From assembly GCA_039029455.1 (NCBI GenBank), contig JBCCGE010000001.1, forward strand, positions 2,151-66,150: a stretch of 64,000 bases of DNA, in the 5' to 3' direction. Source of the DNA: Pseudomonadota bacterium. Its GTDB lineage: Bacteria > Pseudomonadota > Gammaproteobacteria > Arenicellales > Poriferihabitantaceae. Under the pieces are notes generated by a model. The model was not told where the DNA came from, made no database searches, and was given only the letters and a program-made list of their open reading frames with translations. Made by a program: the position numbers and the translations under genes. Numbering within the stretch: the first letter of the stretch is position 1; every line of letters begins with the position of its first letter. Below are positions 36,300 to 44,369 of this stretch, in pieces.

Positions 36300-37865
36300 T
36301 CAGTGCTCCGGAGACGCACCACCCTCGGCGGTGCGTTTTGCGATAAACGCCGCCAACGCTTCGCGTCGGTCACCGTCGGTGTCTGGCGGAGTGAATTCAT
36401 TCACAATGCGTTTCCAGACCTGCGTGGCTCGATCCGCCGTAGTCTGCGCACCGCGCTCCTGCCAGGTTCCAAAGTTGGTGTAATCGTGGACGATCGGTTC
36501 GTAGAATTCGCTGGTGTATCGTTCCATGGTTTGCGGTGCCGAGAAAAAATGACCGCCGGGCTCGACCTGCGTCAGTGCAGTCTCATAACCGATCTCACTG
36601 GTTCCGGCCTGTGCACCCGCGCAGAGTTCAGCCACCATATTCAATACCTCAGTGTCGGTAATCAGTTGTTCGTAGGACACCGTCAGTCCGCCCTCCAGCC
36701 ATCCGGCGGAGTGAATGACGACCGTGGCACCGGCCATCAGGCATCCCCAGAGTCCAAACTGGTTTTCATTGGCCGCCTGGGCATCGCAGAGATTTGCCGC
36801 CGAGCCCGCTGCCGATCGCCAGGGCAATCCTAAAGATCGCGCCAGTTGGCCCGCAGCCAGGGACGCCTGGAAATGCGCCGGCGTGCCGAATGCCGGCGAG
36901 CCCGACTTCATGTCGACGTTTGACGTAAAGGTCCCGTAGCAGACCGGTGCACCGGGGTTGGCCAGTTGGGTGAGCGCGATGGCCGCCAGTGCTTCAGCGT
37001 GGCTCAGCGTAATCGCTCCAGCGACTGTAATCGGCGCCATCGCCCCCATCAGGGTGAACGGCGTCACTATGGACATCTGTCCGTGCCGGGCGAAGTCGAT
37101 CAGTCCCTGCGCCATCAGGTTATCGATCGTTCTCGGGCTATTGGTGTTGATGATGGTGTAGCAGTGCGGCTCGCGGTAAAACTCAGCGTCAGCGAGTCCA
37201 CGAAAATCGCGAACCATCTCGAAGCAATCCTGAACCTGAGACTTGCCGCGGGAAAACACGAACGGGAACTTGTCCGACAGCGTCATCTGCATTTCGGTGG
37301 TGAAATAGTGACGCAGATGAGTCGGTACATCCTGCGGTTCAACCTGTGGCGATACCATATGAAACACATCGAAATGTTGTGTCAGCATCAGATACTCGCG
37401 GTAGTCACGCGCCGATCCAGGGCGCCGTCCGCGTTCGAGATCGGTTGCATTGGGTGCGCCGGCACCGGCCTGGAATACCAGACTGCCGAGCTGGAGTACC
37501 ATATCGCGCTTTCTTGACCCTGCCCTGCAGGTAATGGATGTCGGCGCGCTCTGCAGCGCAGCTTCGATAATTTCGCGACCGATCGACACCATATGGGTTG
37601 ACGGATCAACGCTTGCACCGGCTGCGGCATAGAGCGCTCGAGCCTCTGGCAACAGCACCTTGATGCCTTTTTCCTGCAGAACTTTCAGCGCGTTCTCGTG
37701 CATGTCGGCGATCTGATCCGCCGAAAACACATCCATTGGCGGAAACGGATTGCGCAGCTCGCGATAGTTTACCTCCCGACTTGCAGGCGCTGCTTTCTCC
37801 GCGCTGCGTCCGCGTCGGCGTCTGCTGCGACCGTTGGCTGAAGGATCCCCGGTCATGGCGATCAA
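36300..37865 (-). CDS. MttB-superfamily methyltransferase, pyrrolysine-free (quaternary-amine/glycine-betaine type)
   Basis: The uninterrupted 521-aa ORF has no internal TAG. N-terminal NYRELRNPFPPMDVFSADQIADMHENALKVLQEKGIKVL and the overall length match the trimethylamine methyltransferase (MttB) fold family. TTG 37865 overlaps the upstream TGA; ATG 37856 is an alternative start. Confidence 0.85.
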   Translation of the reverse strand: MIAMTGDPSANGRSRRRRGRSAEKAAPASREVNYRELRNPFPPMDVFSADQIADMHENALKVLQEKGIKVLLPEARALYAAAGASVDPSTHMVSIGREIIEAALQSAPTSITCRAGSRKRDMVLQLGSLVFQAGAGAPNATDLERGRRPGSARDYREYLMLTQHFDVFHMVSPQVEPQDVPTHLRHYFTTEMQMTLSDKFPFVFSRGKSQVQDCFEMVRDFRGLADAEFYREPHCYTIINTNSPRTIDNLMAQGLIDFARHGQMSIVTPFTLMGAMAPITVAGAITLSHAEALAAIALTQLANPGAPVCYGTFTSNVDMKSGSPAFGTPAHFQASLAAGQLARSLGLPWRSAAGSAANLCDAQAANENQFGLWGCLMAGATVVIHSAGWLEGGLTVSYEQLITDTEVLNMVAELCAGAQAGTSEIGYETALTQVEPGGHFFSAPQTMERYTSEFYEPIVHDYTNFGTWQERGAQTTADRATQVWKRIVNEFTPPDTDGDRREALAAFIAKRTAEGGASPEH

Positions 37866-40276
37866 CCTCGCATAGCGTTGCCTTCGGGATCGTAAGGTGA
37901 CGGTGGAATCACTCTGGCCGTGCGCTCCTGTCCAACAATATGCACCGTCAGTTCATTGCCTTCATCGGTCTGATCGCGGTTCAGCATCGCCATGGCCAGT
38001 GACTTACCGATAGTGTGTCCGTATCCACCGGAGGTGACGAATCCCACCAGCTCACCGTCTTTCCAGACCGGTTCAAAACCGCTGGCATCGGCATCCGTTG
38101 CATCGATCTCGAGCGTGACCACACGTTGCGACGACCCTCCCGCATCGCGTTCTTTCAGGGCGGCATCACGGCCGATAAAGTCACCTTTGTCCCAGTCAAT
38201 CCAGCGGTCCATTCCGGTCTGCGCGGCGGTATAGCCCTGGGTGAACTCGGTGGACCAGATGCCGAAACTTTTCTCCAGACGCAGACTGAGCAACGCGTTG
38301 AATCCGACTTCGCGCAGCCCCAGATCAGCGCCGGCCTGAAGCAGGGTTTCGCGCAGGGTGATGTGTTCGGTGGCCGCACAGTGAATTTCATAACCCAGTT
38401 CGCCGGCAACGGACAATCTGCCCACCTTGACGCGCAACATGCCGATGTCAAACGTCCCGCAGCTCATGAATTTAAGATCGTCGACCGGGCCGTCGGTGAG
38501 CTTTTGCAGAATCTTCAGACTGTTGGGACCGGAAAGGCTGAAGCCGACCACGGAATCCGAGATGTCATTGACCTCGACGTCTTCACCCATATGATCGTGA
38601 AACCAGCGCATGTGCCAGGTGCGCAAATAGTAACTGCCCATAATCCACCAGGTGCCGTCTCCCCAGTTGAACACCGTGAGGTCACCTTTTAGTCGCCCGT
38701 CCGGGGCCAGCATCGGCGCCAGTCTGGCCCGTCCCGGTGCGGGCAGTTTTGACGCCATGAGCGTGTTTAACCAGGCTTCCGCACCTTCGCCCGTGACTTC
38801 ATACCGCGAAAACGCGGTGATATCCAATAGTCCTGCTGATGCACGCACGGCATTGCACTCCTCGGCGACTATTTCAAAGGCGTTTGATCGTTTCAGCGTG
38901 GGCGTTTCAACAAAATCACTGGTGGGCGCAAAGTAGAGCGGCAGTTCGAGACCGTAGCTCGCACCCCACTGACACCCGGCACGAGTCATTGCCGAATAGG
39001 CGGGTGCTTTATTCAGTGGTCGGCCCGCAGGCAGTTGCTCGTTGGGGTAGGTCATGACGAAACGGCGGGTGTAAAACTGACCCGTGGTTTCTCTGATGAA
39101 TTGTTTATTTTCAGCGTAGGGACCAAACCGGGCTACATCCATGCCATACACATCGGCTTCGGGTTCGCCGTGTATGATCCATTCCGCCAGAGATTTGCCG
39201 ACACCGCCGCCCTGAAGGTAGCCCGCCATCACAGCACAGGCGCACCAGTAACCCGGCTTGCCGCGCACCGGCCCAACCAGCGGGTTGCCGTCCGGCGCGA
39301 ATGTAAACGCGCCGTTTACCCAGCTTTTCACACCGACTTCCTGCAGAGCCGGATATCGCTCAAAGCCGAGCGTGAGTTCGTTTTCGATGCGATCGGGATC
39401 TTCCTGCTGAAGCTCAAAACCGTAATCCCATGATGCACCGTCCATCATCCAGTGCTCGTGATTGATTTCATAGATTCCGAGCAGTATTCCATTCTGGTCC
39501 TGACGCATGTAGGTAAACCCCTCAAGGTCTACGACCAGGGGTAGTTCCTTGTCGAGTGACTCCACGCCGGGAATCGTGTCCGATATGAGGTAGTGGTGGT
39601 TCAGGGGTGACAGCGGCAGTTCAATGCCGGCCATGCGTCCGACCTGCTTGGCCCAAAGCCCTGCTGCGTTGACCACGTGTTCGGCATGAATGGTGCCTTT
39701 CTCGGTAACAACATCCCATCCGTCTTTAGTTTGAATCAGCTCCAGTACGCGGTTGTGTTCAATCACCTGCGCACCGTGTTTTTTTGCCGCGCCTGCGTAG
39801 GCGTGCACGGTGCTGGTCGTGTCCACGTAGCCCTCGCGGTCTGCCCACATGCCACCGAGAATGCCGTGCGTCGACATGATTGGGCAGTGTTCTCCGGCCT
39901 CTTCGGGGGTGATTAGATGGACATCGTGAATGCCAATCGACTGGAAAACCCGATACGCTGATTGCAACCACTCCCAGCGATCGGGCGTACCCGCCAACGT
40001 CATGCCGCCGGTCATGTGCATGCCGACAGATTGACCCGACTCCTTTTCAATTTCCGAGAGCAGGTCAATGGTGTATGCCTGCAGTGAAGCAATATTGGGA
40101 TCGGCGTTGAGTGCGTGGAATCCACCCGCAGCATGCCAGCTTGATCCGGCCGTCAGCACCGATCGCTCAATCAGGCAGACGTCCTTCCAGCCGAACTTTG
40201 CGAGGTGGTACAACACGGATGCGCCGACGACACCCCCTCCGATAACGACAACGCGATAGTGAGAATTCATTTGCAA
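37862..40276 (-). CDS. dimethylglycine dehydrogenase-type FAD oxidoreductase fused to GcvT aminomethyltransferase domain
   Basis: YRVVVIGGGVVGASVLYHLAK DAO-type N-terminus. The C-terminal half is folate-binding and GcvT-like (VGFSLSGP, RLEKSFGIW, GFVTSGGYGHTIGKSLAM). 804 aa is the DMGDH/SARDH size. Confidence 0.9.
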   Translation of the reverse strand: MQMNSHYRVVVIGGGVVGASVLYHLAKFGWKDVCLIERSVLTAGSSWHAAGGFHALNADPNIASLQAYTIDLLSEIEKESGQSVGMHMTGGMTLAGTPDRWEWLQSAYRVFQSIGIHDVHLITPEEAGEHCPIMSTHGILGGMWADREGYVDTTSTVHAYAGAAKKHGAQVIEHNRVLELIQTKDGWDVVTEKGTIHAEHVVNAAGLWAKQVGRMAGIELPLSPLNHHYLISDTIPGVESLDKELPLVVDLEGFTYMRQDQNGILLGIYEINHEHWMMDGASWDYGFELQQEDPDRIENELTLGFERYPALQEVGVKSWVNGAFTFAPDGNPLVGPVRGKPGYWCACAVMAGYLQGGGVGKSLAEWIIHGEPEADVYGMDVARFGPYAENKQFIRETTGQFYTRRFVMTYPNEQLPAGRPLNKAPAYSAMTRAGCQWGASYGLELPLYFAPTSDFVETPTLKRSNAFEIVAEECNAVRASAGLLDITAFSRYEVTGEGAEAWLNTLMASKLPAPGRARLAPMLAPDGRLKGDLTVFNWGDGTWWIMGSYYLRTWHMRWFHDHMGEDVEVNDISDSVVGFSLSGPNSLKILQKLTDGPVDDLKFMSCGTFDIGMLRVKVGRLSVAGELGYEIHCAATEHITLRETLLQAGADLGLREVGFNALLSLRLEKSFGIWSTEFTQGYTAAQTGMDRWIDWDKGDFIGRDAALKERDAGGSSQRVVTLEIDATDADASGFEPVWKDGELVGFVTSGGYGHTIGKSLAMAMLNRDQTDEGNELTVHIVGQERTARVIPPSPYDPEGNAMRG

Positions 40277-40569
40277 TCTCCCGACAGTGTTTAAGTACAG
40301 GGTCGCTGACTACACGGAGCGCGACACTGGTATTAGACAGAACTGTACGGAGTATGGTTGTTATTGGACACAAATGTCTATAGGTTTGTGCAGAATTACT
40401 CGGGTTCGCGTCCGGATCGGGATTGCCGCGCCTTCGGCTCGCAGTGACTGCAGAGGCATGGGGCAACCCGGTTGATTAAGCCCAGGGCGCTAACAGTGAC
40501 ATTGCGAGGAGCCCCGCGCCGTGGCAATCTGTATCTAATGCAGAAACAAAACCACGTTTAGTCAGCGCG

Positions 40570-41046
40570 ATGTCAGTAACCATTGAAGAACTGCTTAACG
40601 AATTGCCCCAGATTGGCAAAGTCGAGTGGATTGGAGTACGTCCTGCTCGTCGAGCTCCGGTTATCGCGGTCGACTCAGTGTTGGCAGAGAAGGGTCGTGG
40701 ACTTCAAGGCGATCGTTACTCGGGCAAGAGTGGAAAGCGCGACGTGACCCTAATCCAGCATGAGCATTTGGCTGCGATAGCGTCGTGCCTGGGGTGCAAC
40801 GAAATTCGTCCAGAATCCCTGCGGCGCAATATTGCCGTCAGCGGCATCAATCTGCTTGCGCTCAAGAGCAGGCATTTTCAAATTGGCAACGCGACTCTTG
40901 AGTTCACGGGCCTATGTCATCCCTGTTCATTTATGCAGGAGACCTTCGGGCCCGGGGGGTATAACGCGGTTCGCGGACATGGAGGCATCACTGCTCGCGT
41001 CGTTGACGGCGGATCGATCAAAGTGGGCGATTCGGTGTCGGTCTGA
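40570..41046 (+). CDS. MOSC domain-containing protein
   Basis: 158 aa. IGVRPARRAP...GLQGDRYSG...RDVTLIQHEHL...RRNI.VSGINL...C.PC is the MOSC beta-barrel pattern with the conserved Cys. Confidence 0.8.
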   Translation: MSVTIEELLNELPQIGKVEWIGVRPARRAPVIAVDSVLAEKGRGLQGDRYSGKSGKRDVTLIQHEHLAAIASCLGCNEIRPESLRRNIAVSGINLLALKSRHFQIGNATLEFTGLCHPCSFMQETFGPGGYNAVRGHGGITARVVDGGSIKVGDSVSV

Positions 41047-41129
41047 TCGGACCCGGGGTCTGCAGAGATCCCTTTAGTTAAAAACTCTTCGCGTCTCCGA
41101 CTGAACGACTAGGGCAGGCCCGGGCGCGA

Positions 41130-41411
41130 TCATGTTTGCCCTTGATTGCTTTCGATTTCGGCCAGAATTTTACCGACGTCGCTCATGTCCAGCTTTTCGC
41201 ATCCAAGCACCGTCAAGATCTGCAGAAACAGCTGGGCACCCATGATCCCCTTGCTGATTTTATTTCTGAGATTAGCTTCGTTTTGATGTGTTCCGATCGA
41301 CGCCAGCCGAACCTTAAGCACCGCATAAGACACCCCGTGCAGCACCATCTGAGTGCGAATTATCCGGTTGACGGTTTTTGCCCATGCAGGGGAGTGTACG
41401 TATCTTTGCAA
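41130..41411 (-). CDS. small HTH-like protein (DUF6471-like)
   Basis: 93 aa. HGVSYAVLKVRLASIGTHQNEANLRNKISKGIMGAQLFLQILTVLG resembles the DUF6471 pattern (GVTY..L...L...G......N.RNKISRG.F.A.FFLQCL.A.G). The assignment is from memory and carries moderate confidence. Confidence 0.5.
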   Translation of the reverse strand: MQRYVHSPAWAKTVNRIIRTQMVLHGVSYAVLKVRLASIGTHQNEANLRNKISKGIMGAQLFLQILTVLGCEKLDMSDVGKILAEIESNQGQT

Positions 41412-41420
41412 CAGATTGTA

Positions 41421-41449
41421 TTGAAATTAAAAAGTAACAATAGTAAAAT
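41421..41449 (+). promoter_or_regulatory. sigma-70-type promoter for the SPFH gene
   Basis: TTGAAA (41421-41426), a 17-bp spacer, then TAAAAT (41444-41449), in a strongly AT-rich 82-bp divergent region. A strong SD (aaaggag) precedes ATG 41494. Confidence 0.5.
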
Positions 41450-41493
41450 ATATTTAACAATTAAACAACATAAATTATTAAAGGAGAAAAGAT

Positions 41494-42426
41494 ATGGGTA
41501 GATTAAAAGACACACTTCAGGTTAGAAAACCGTCGATGAATTTCAAAACGGTTCTGTTCGTTCTGTTTCTTGGTCTGATTGGGCTGTCACTGTGGCAGGT
41601 GCTGTTTCAGATTGAGGAGGGTCACGTGGGAATCGTAAAGCGCTTTGGAGAGGCCACCGATCAGGTAAAGCCCGGTCTGCATACCAAAATCCCATTCGTC
41701 GACCGGGTGGAAACGCTTGAAATTCGAACGCGAAAGAATGTGGAAAAGCTGGCTGCGGCAACGCACGAGCAAATGCCCGTGACGGCAGATGTTTCGATCA
41801 ACTGGACCGTGATCAGAGACCAGGCGTTTGATCTTTACAAACGCTACGGTGGGCTGTCTCAGTTTGAGAACCGCATTCTCGATCCCAAGCTCCGTTCTGC
41901 TGCAAAAGAGGCCATTTCACGTTTTAAGGCAGAAGAGATTATCCAGAACCGAGGTCAGGTCATTGGTCTTATTGAAGAAGGTTTGGTAAAGGCGATGGAA
42001 TTCTATCCTGTGCGCGTTGATTCCGCTCAATTGGAGAATCTCGTGCTGCCGAAAAAATACATGCAGTCGATCGAGACCAAGCAGACCGAGAAAAACCTTG
42101 CCGCAGCCGAGTTGCACCGGCTGGAGCGCCAGAAACTTGAAGCACAGCGCGAGGTGAATACAGCAAATGCACTTCGTGATGCCGCAAAGGCCAAAGCCGA
42201 CGGACAGGCATACGCGATTCTGAAGGAAGCGGAAGCAGAAGCCGAGGCAATCCGTTTGCGAGGAAACGCGGAGGCTGAGGCAATTGCAGCAAAGGCGAAA
42301 GCACTACAGCAATCGGATTTGCTCGTCGAGTATGTCAGAGCCCAACAATGGAATGGTCAGATGCCTTCGACTATCATGGGGTCCGATCAAAATATTCTCT
42401 GGAATATGACGAAGACTTCGAACTAG
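41494..42426 (+). CDS. SPFH/Band-7 (prohibitin/HflC-like) domain membrane protein
   Basis: N-terminal TM (VLFVLFLGLIGLSLW), EGHVGIVKRFG...VKPGLHTKIPFVDRVETLEIR SPFH core, and a C-terminal coiled-coil Ala/Glu-rich region. Confidence 0.85.
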   Translation: MGRLKDTLQVRKPSMNFKTVLFVLFLGLIGLSLWQVLFQIEEGHVGIVKRFGEATDQVKPGLHTKIPFVDRVETLEIRTRKNVEKLAAATHEQMPVTADVSINWTVIRDQAFDLYKRYGGLSQFENRILDPKLRSAAKEAISRFKAEEIIQNRGQVIGLIEEGLVKAMEFYPVRVDSAQLENLVLPKKYMQSIETKQTEKNLAAAELHRLERQKLEAQREVNTANALRDAAKAKADGQAYAILKEAEAEAEAIRLRGNAEAEAIAAKAKALQQSDLLVEYVRAQQWNGQMPSTIMGSDQNILWNMTKTSN

Positions 42427-42438
42427 CAAAATCAATCA

Positions 42439-42464
42439 GGCGGCTCATTTGAGCCGCTTTTTTC
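42439..42464 (+). terminator. Rho-independent terminator of the SPFH gene
   Basis: ggcggctc-attt-gagccgc stem-loop followed by TTTTTTC, 13 nt after the TAG stop. Confidence 0.8.
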
Positions 42465-42664
42465 TTCTACAGAGAAACTAAATTTTGATTTCGCGGTGGT
42501 TGCAACATGTTGTTGCGAGAATGCCGCGCCTGGGGCTCGTGATGATGATGGCTGATTGTGGATATCTGCTCGATCAAAGAAAGCAAATCTTTAAAGTCAT
42601 TACGAGGCGCGTCGCGACGGGGCAACCTCGCAGGAACGGCAGAAGCTTCAGATTAGAACGTCTC

Positions 42665-43048
42665 TCAGATCGAGTCCGGAACCAGTGCCAGTCGGGTAAA
42701 TCGCAGTTCGTTCTCATCTCCAGACAAAACGCAAAGCGAGACACCACTGGCGATGCTGAATTTATCCTCACTGCCTTCAACCGGAACTCTGGCCGACCAT
42801 CCCAGCAGACAATACCCTCCGTGCTCATTCTCGTTGTATTCAAGCACCTCAAGCGTTTTGTCTTCTTCGGGTTCTGCAAACCACTCTGTATGCGTGTCGG
42901 CGATCGCCTGACGACCTCGAGCCGGTGGACCGTAGGGTGAAAAAAGTGCGCCGTCTGCTGTAAATGCTTCGGCGCACCCTTTCGAATCAAGAGCCTTATA
43001 TGCGGACAGGTAATGACTTATAAGTTGTTGCAGTTTGTGTTCAGACAC
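42665..43048 (-). CDS. NTF2-like / SnoaL (DUF4440-type) protein
   Basis: 127 aa. LISHYLSAYKALDSKGCAEAFTADGALFSPYGPPARGRQAI is the typical N-terminal helix-and-cone pattern of SnoaL/NTF2-like proteins. Confidence 0.6.
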   Translation of the reverse strand: MSEHKLQQLISHYLSAYKALDSKGCAEAFTADGALFSPYGPPARGRQAIADTHTEWFAEPEEDKTLEVLEYNENEHGGYCLLGWSARVPVEGSEDKFSIASGVSLCVLSGDENELRFTRLALVPDSI

Positions 43049-43121
43049 CGTGTTTTCTCATGTCGCGACTGACAAATTACACGATATCAGAGAGTTACCT
43101 GAATCCTAAATAATTCCTGAA

Positions 43122-44279
43122 CTATTTTGAATAGCGTTTCATCACCATAGTTTCAGGATCAAGCTTGGACATGAACTCTGCCGCAGCTGGCGCATCTGCA
43201 AAGCTCGCCATTGACGCTTCCGCATCCTCCAGCGAATGCCAGTGAACGACAACAAGCCACTCGCCATTGTCACCGGCTGCTGACTCTCGTTTGATAAAAC
43301 CCGGCTGTCTGGATACGTGTTGGTTTTCAACGGCTGTATCCAGAGGACGAAACTCTGCGGGAGTAACGCCATCTTTGAGCATAAACGTCGCGATTTCGAT
43401 CACACCGTCCAGTCCTTTTGATGCTGAAAGCCCGCGGAATTTTCCATTGCGGTTCTTGGCATCGGCTTCCGGAATCAGAGTCTCAATTGTGTCCCAGTGC
43501 TCAACAATCTTGCCTTCTTCGATCCGAAAAAGGTCATAAAACGATGACGTCTTGCCAAGAAATTCGCCTTCTGAAATTGCAAGAACGAAGTCGCCTTCTC
43601 CAAGTATGGCGTGGTTTTTTGTGTAGGTAAGCGGCATTCCCGCCTCGGCCATTTGCTGAAGAGCTTCCCCAAGAGCCTGTAGGCCGTCTCCGACAGCAGG
43701 ATTGTGCTGCATATATGTTTCAGTCGATACATAGTCGGTAATCTTTCCCGGGTTTGCGCCCATCAACACATCATCGACAAATCCAGCAATAAGCTCTTTG
43801 TTCTGACTTGTTTTTTCAAGATCGCTGCTACGGGTCGGTCCGTCGATCTGACTGCGACCGGATACGGTTTCAGTAGCTGTTTCCTGCAGGTTGTCCCAGT
43901 GCTCAACAATCAGGCCATCTTCGAAACGAAAAACATCAAATCCAATTTTGGGACCAAAAAAGTTGTATTCGGTATGAGTAAATACAAAATCACCGTCCTC
44001 AAATGCACGTTTTACCGACGCTTTAGCCGAACCGGCAGGCAGTGCTTGCATGACTTCACCGAAGCCCGCTAAACCGTCACCAACCATTGGGTTGTGCTGA
44101 ATGTATTTTTCAGGATTGATATAACCGATGGGCGTTGGATCTCCGGTCTCAATGCTCTCCAGTACAGCAATCGCTTTTTCCTTGTTACTGAGATTGTTGT
44201 CGGCGATTACCGACATTGAGAATGTAGTGGCTGCAACCGCAACCGCAAGCGCAGCTGCTGATAGATGTCGTGTTTTCAT
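43122..44279 (-). CDS. periplasmic protein with two tandem SnoaL-like (COG4922-type) domains plus a C-terminal ABM/Dabb-like domain
   Basis: Signal peptide MKTRHLSAAALAVAVAATTF. There is an internal duplication: YIQHNPMVGDGLAGF...DVFRFEDGLIVEHWD and YMQHNPAVGDGLQAL...DLFRIEEGKIVEHWD. The C-terminal EWLVVVHWHSLEDAEASM block is monooxygenase-like. Confidence 0.65.
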   Translation of the reverse strand: MKTRHLSAAALAVAVAATTFSMSVIADNNLSNKEKAIAVLESIETGDPTPIGYINPEKYIQHNPMVGDGLAGFGEVMQALPAGSAKASVKRAFEDGDFVFTHTEYNFFGPKIGFDVFRFEDGLIVEHWDNLQETATETVSGRSQIDGPTRSSDLEKTSQNKELIAGFVDDVLMGANPGKITDYVSTETYMQHNPAVGDGLQALGEALQQMAEAGMPLTYTKNHAILGEGDFVLAISEGEFLGKTSSFYDLFRIEEGKIVEHWDTIETLIPEADAKNRNGKFRGLSASKGLDGVIEIATFMLKDGVTPAEFRPLDTAVENQHVSRQPGFIKRESAAGDNGEWLVVVHWHSLEDAEASMASFADAPAAAEFMSKLDPETMVMKRYSK

Positions 44280-44369
44280 GATCAGAACCTGAGAGTTGGA
44301 CAGGTCTGAAATACTATTTTTCGGCGATGGTCCGGCACAGGTGAATGCCGGAGGATAAATGGTAAATCT

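Noticed and set aside
36300-37865. Checked the MttB-family gene for an in-frame amber (pyrrolysine) codon or a split ORF.
   Set aside because: The ORF is continuous over 521 codons with no internal TAG, so it is a non-Pyl member and there is no recoding signal to report.
40395-40420. tRNA-like T-arm motif (cgggttcgcgtccgga) in the same intergenic region.
   Set aside because: The stem does not pair cleanly (TCGGG against CCGGA). No acceptor, D or anticodon arms can be drawn in the preceding 60 nt.
40277-40569. Possible glycine riboswitch or other leader RNA upstream of the DMGDH-type gene. The 293-bp gap contains gccgaaggcgcggcaa on the minus strand, which recalls the ACCGAAGGGGCAA core.
   Set aside because: The flanking GGAGAG / CUCUGG and CTCAGGC-type conserved elements, and the tandem-aptamer layout, are not present by eye. 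The match is only a short partial one. A covariance-model scan (glycine riboswitch model) would be needed to revive it.
42485-42990. ORFs 42485-42940 (+, 151 aa) and 42574-42990 (-, 138 aa) overlapping the NTF2-like gene region.
   Set aside because: They overlap the 42665-43048 ORF, which has a recognisable SnoaL/NTF2 N-terminal pattern, whereas their own translations are Arg-rich and lack motifs. The 238-bp stretch 42427-42664 is better treated as non-coding.
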